The position numbers and the translations under genes are program-made. Positions 61,952 to 64,000 of a DNA stretch of 64,000 nucleotides are shown one piece after another. Each line of letters begins with the position of its first letter. Within the stretch, counting starts at the first letter, position 1. Location: the NCBI GenBank assembly GCA_035483715.1, contig DATHPN010000087.1, forward strand, positions 7,819 through 71,818, in the 5' to 3' direction. Under the pieces are notes generated by a model. That model was not told the DNA's origin. It did no database searches and saw nothing but the letters and a program-made list of their open reading frames with translations. This stretch comes from Candidatus Acidiferrum sp. (lineage in GTDB: Bacteria > Acidobacteriota > Terriglobia > Acidiferrales > UBA7541).

Positions 61952-62227
61952 TGCGCGACGGAGCCCATGGGCGGATCTTCGCGGCTGCTTAAACCCCCTC
62001 ATTACTGCCACGTACGCTTTTCAATGCCTCGCGTTGACTTCGGATTTTAACGCGTGCTAGCGTGAAATCTAAACCTGTCGGGTCGTTCTTCCGGGATCCG
62101 GCCGGGCCGGTCTGCTTACAGCCCCGCAGTGTGCCAGCCCGAAAAGGGACGCAACGGAAGGGGCTGTGAATCGACCATTGTCCGCCTAAATCCATTCCGG
62201 CCGGGACAATGGAAAGAGCATTAGAAG

Positions 62228-64000
62228 ATGGCGTATAACAAGACCAAGCACCTCAATGCGGCGGCGAAGTATCTTCAGCAAGGGAAGATGCCGCAAGCCA
62301 TCCTCGAATACCAACAAATTCTGAAGAATGAGCCCAAGGATCAGGTCACCCTGATGACTTTGGGTGATTTGTTCGTCCGCCAGGGGGAGACCTTCCAGGC
62401 GCTGGAATATTTTGAGCGGCTGGCGAAGATTTTTCTGAACGACGGCTTCACCACCAAAGCCATCGCCATTTACAAGAAGGTCGCCAAACTCGCTCCCGAG
62501 GAAAGCCGCCCGCTGGAACGGCTGGCGGAACTTTACGTGCAGCAGGGAGTGTTGAGCGAGGCGCGGCCTCTTTATTTGCAGCTTGCCGAAATGCAAATGA
62601 AGGCCGGGCGGCAGCCGCAGGCTGCGCTGCTCTTGCGCAAGCTGCTGGAAGCCGAGCCCGATAATCTGCGCATACAAGTGCGCCTGGCTGAATTGCACCT
62701 TTCCATGGGCCAGCAGAAAGAAGCCGTCGAAACATTCCACGGCGCCATGCAGAAGATTCTCGAGCAAGGCGACCACGCGGAAGCGATTCGACTGGCCGAC
62801 CGCATCTTGCAACTGGATCCGGCGCACCAGCAGACGTTCCTGTTGAAGGTGCGGGCGTTGACCGCCTCGGGCAAGGCCGCGGAAGCGGGAAAGCTTCTGG
62901 AGACCCTTCCGGGGCGGGACGACGGCGGCGAAACGACGACGATGTTGATGGGCCTGTACATGGAAAGCGGCCAGGCAGTCAAAGCGTCGGCGCTGGCAGA
63001 AAAAATATTTGCGCGCGATCCGAAACAGCATGCGGTGGGGCACCGCGTCGCGGGCGCTTTGCTGGAAGCTGGAGATTTGGATCGCGCGCAAGCCATGCTT
63101 GCTCTCATTCGCCACGCGATGATCGACGCGGGCGAGCATGAAGCACTGGGGCAATCGCTCTTACGCCTTTCTGAAGCCAAACCCGGGCAGGTCGAGCCGC
63201 TGGAATGGCTGGTGGATCTTTACGGCCGGGCCAGCGATTCGTTCCGGCTGCCGGATGCGCTGGCTCAACTCGCATACGCCTATGAGGGTGCCGGAGAGAA
63301 TGACAAGGCGCTTGCCACGTTCGAAAAACTGATGGAACGAACCCCCGAAGATGAAACCATCCGGCGCAAATGCATGCAATTGCGCGCCAAGGCCGGCCTG
63401 GAACCGATTTCGGGAGAAATTGCGCCAGTCGTGAAATTGGTGTCTTCCGAGGAGATGGCCAAGCCGGCGGTTCCCGTGTCTTCCGAACCGTCGCTCGATG
63501 AAGAAACCCAGCGTTACATCACTCAGGCTTTGACCGATGTTGATTTGTTTTCCAGCTACGGCTTGACGCAAAAGGGGATCGATCTTCTGGAATCCGTCCT
63601 GGAGCGCGCCCCTCGGCATACTCCGATTCTCGAGCGCCTGCTCGACCTATCCGTCGGTTCGGGCAATGACCGCCGCACCGCGGAGCTCGCCGCAATTCTC
63701 GAACAAATTGCGATCGAGCGCGATGACCGCGCGGGCACGGAGCGGTTCGCTGATTTACGAAGCCGCTTCCAGCGCGCTGCTGGAATTGCCCCTGCGGAAA
63801 ACCAGCCAAGTTCCGCTCCCCCAGCATCTGTTGCCCCGCCGGAATTTGCCGTCCCCATAATCCACGCTGAACTCGACGAACCCGTTGCCGAGGCTGCGCC
63901 GGAATCATCCCCTGCGGAATCGATACAAACGCCGGAGACAGTTGAATCCGTGGTGCACGAGGTTGATCTATCCGATGAGTGGGCGGCATTGTCCCAACAG
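62228..64000 (+). CDS. TPR-repeat protein, 3'-partial (runs off window end; absent from ORF track)
   Basis: My own translation from ATG 62228: MAYNKTKHLNAAAKYLQQGKMPQAILEYQQILKNEPKDQVTLMTLGDLFVRQGETFQALEYFERLAKIFLNDGFTTKAIAIYKKVAKLAP... I found no stop in this frame up to 64000. Repeated 34-residue TPR-like units, then an Ala/Pro/Glu-rich linker. Confidence 0.8.
   Translation, partial: MAYNKTKHLNAAAKYLQQGKMPQAILEYQQILKNEPKDQVTLMTLGDLFVRQGETFQALEYFERLAKIFLNDGFTTKAIAIYKKVAKLAPEESRPLERLAELYVQQGVLSEARPLYLQLAEMQMKAGRQPQAALLLRKLLEAEPDNLRIQVRLAELHLSMGQQKEAVETFHGAMQKILEQGDHAEAIRLADRILQLDPAHQQTFLLKVRALTASGKAAEAGKLLETLPGRDDGGETTTMLMGLYMESGQAVKASALAEKIFARDPKQHAVGHRVAGALLEAGDLDRAQAMLALIRHAMIDAGEHEALGQSLLRLSEAKPGQVEPLEWLVDLYGRASDSFRLPDALAQLAYAYEGAGENDKALATFEKLMERTPEDETIRRKCMQLRAKAGLEPISGEIAPVVKLVSSEEMAKPAVPVSSEPSLDEETQRYITQALTDVDLFSSYGLTQKGIDLLESVLERAPRHTPILERLLDLSVGSGNDRRTAELAAILEQIAIERDDRAGTERFADLRSRFQRAAGIAPAENQPSSAPPASVAPPEFAVPIIHAELDEPVAEAAPESSPAESIQTPETVESVVHEVDLSDEWAALSQQ

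Noticed and set aside
62080-62200. GC-rich structured-looking stretch upstream of the TPR gene, considered as SRP RNA or another ncRNA because ffh is nearby (GGAAGGGGCTG resembles the GGAAG of SRP domain IV).
   Set aside because: The conserved SRP domain IV sequence (GGUCCGGAAGGAAGCAGCC-like symmetric loops) is not present. There is no convincing long helix and I cannot support an RNA gene.

Overview
GC-rich (judged by eye) bacterial chromosomal segment. The gene content and repeat style look most like Acidobacteriota (Terriglobia-like); this is inference only, based on an acidobacterial-type VWFA protein, many Sec/TAT-exported enzymes and very dense intergenic palindromes. I can support about 60 protein genes.

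Housekeeping genes: rpmB, a SurA-like PPIase, acyl-CoA carboxylase subunits (BCCP, biotin carboxylase, carboxyltransferase), fsa, hslVU, efp, purB, and ffh-rpsP-KH-rimM-trmD ... rplS-rnhB.

Accessory blocks:
- (a) A 3-kb YciI / ECF42-type sigma / 48-aa micro-ORF / DUF899 cassette. It is bracketed by an intact hslV 5' end plus upstream region and a diverged, truncated second copy of the same.
- (b) A 1134-aa GH18-like + NodB deacetylase + processive GT2 fusion, divergent from a GT-C-like membrane protein.
- (c) An 8-kb block inserted between trmD and rplS, which are normally adjacent. It holds a GtrB/ArnC-like polyprenyl-phosphate glycosyltransferase, a SAM methyltransferase and three ~600-aa polytopic membrane proteins, two of them paralogous and GT-C-like. 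This is my best candidate for an undescribed periplasmic glycosylation system.
- (d) A neighbourhood of normally cytoplasmic enzyme families carrying twin-arginine signals.

The window is also saturated with at least six families of nested-hairpin palindromic repeats (more than 25 units), almost all sitting at gene ends.

I saw no rRNA, tRNA, CRISPR array, transposase, integrase, prophage or recognisable defence system. All family calls come from motif recognition by eye. No database search was run.
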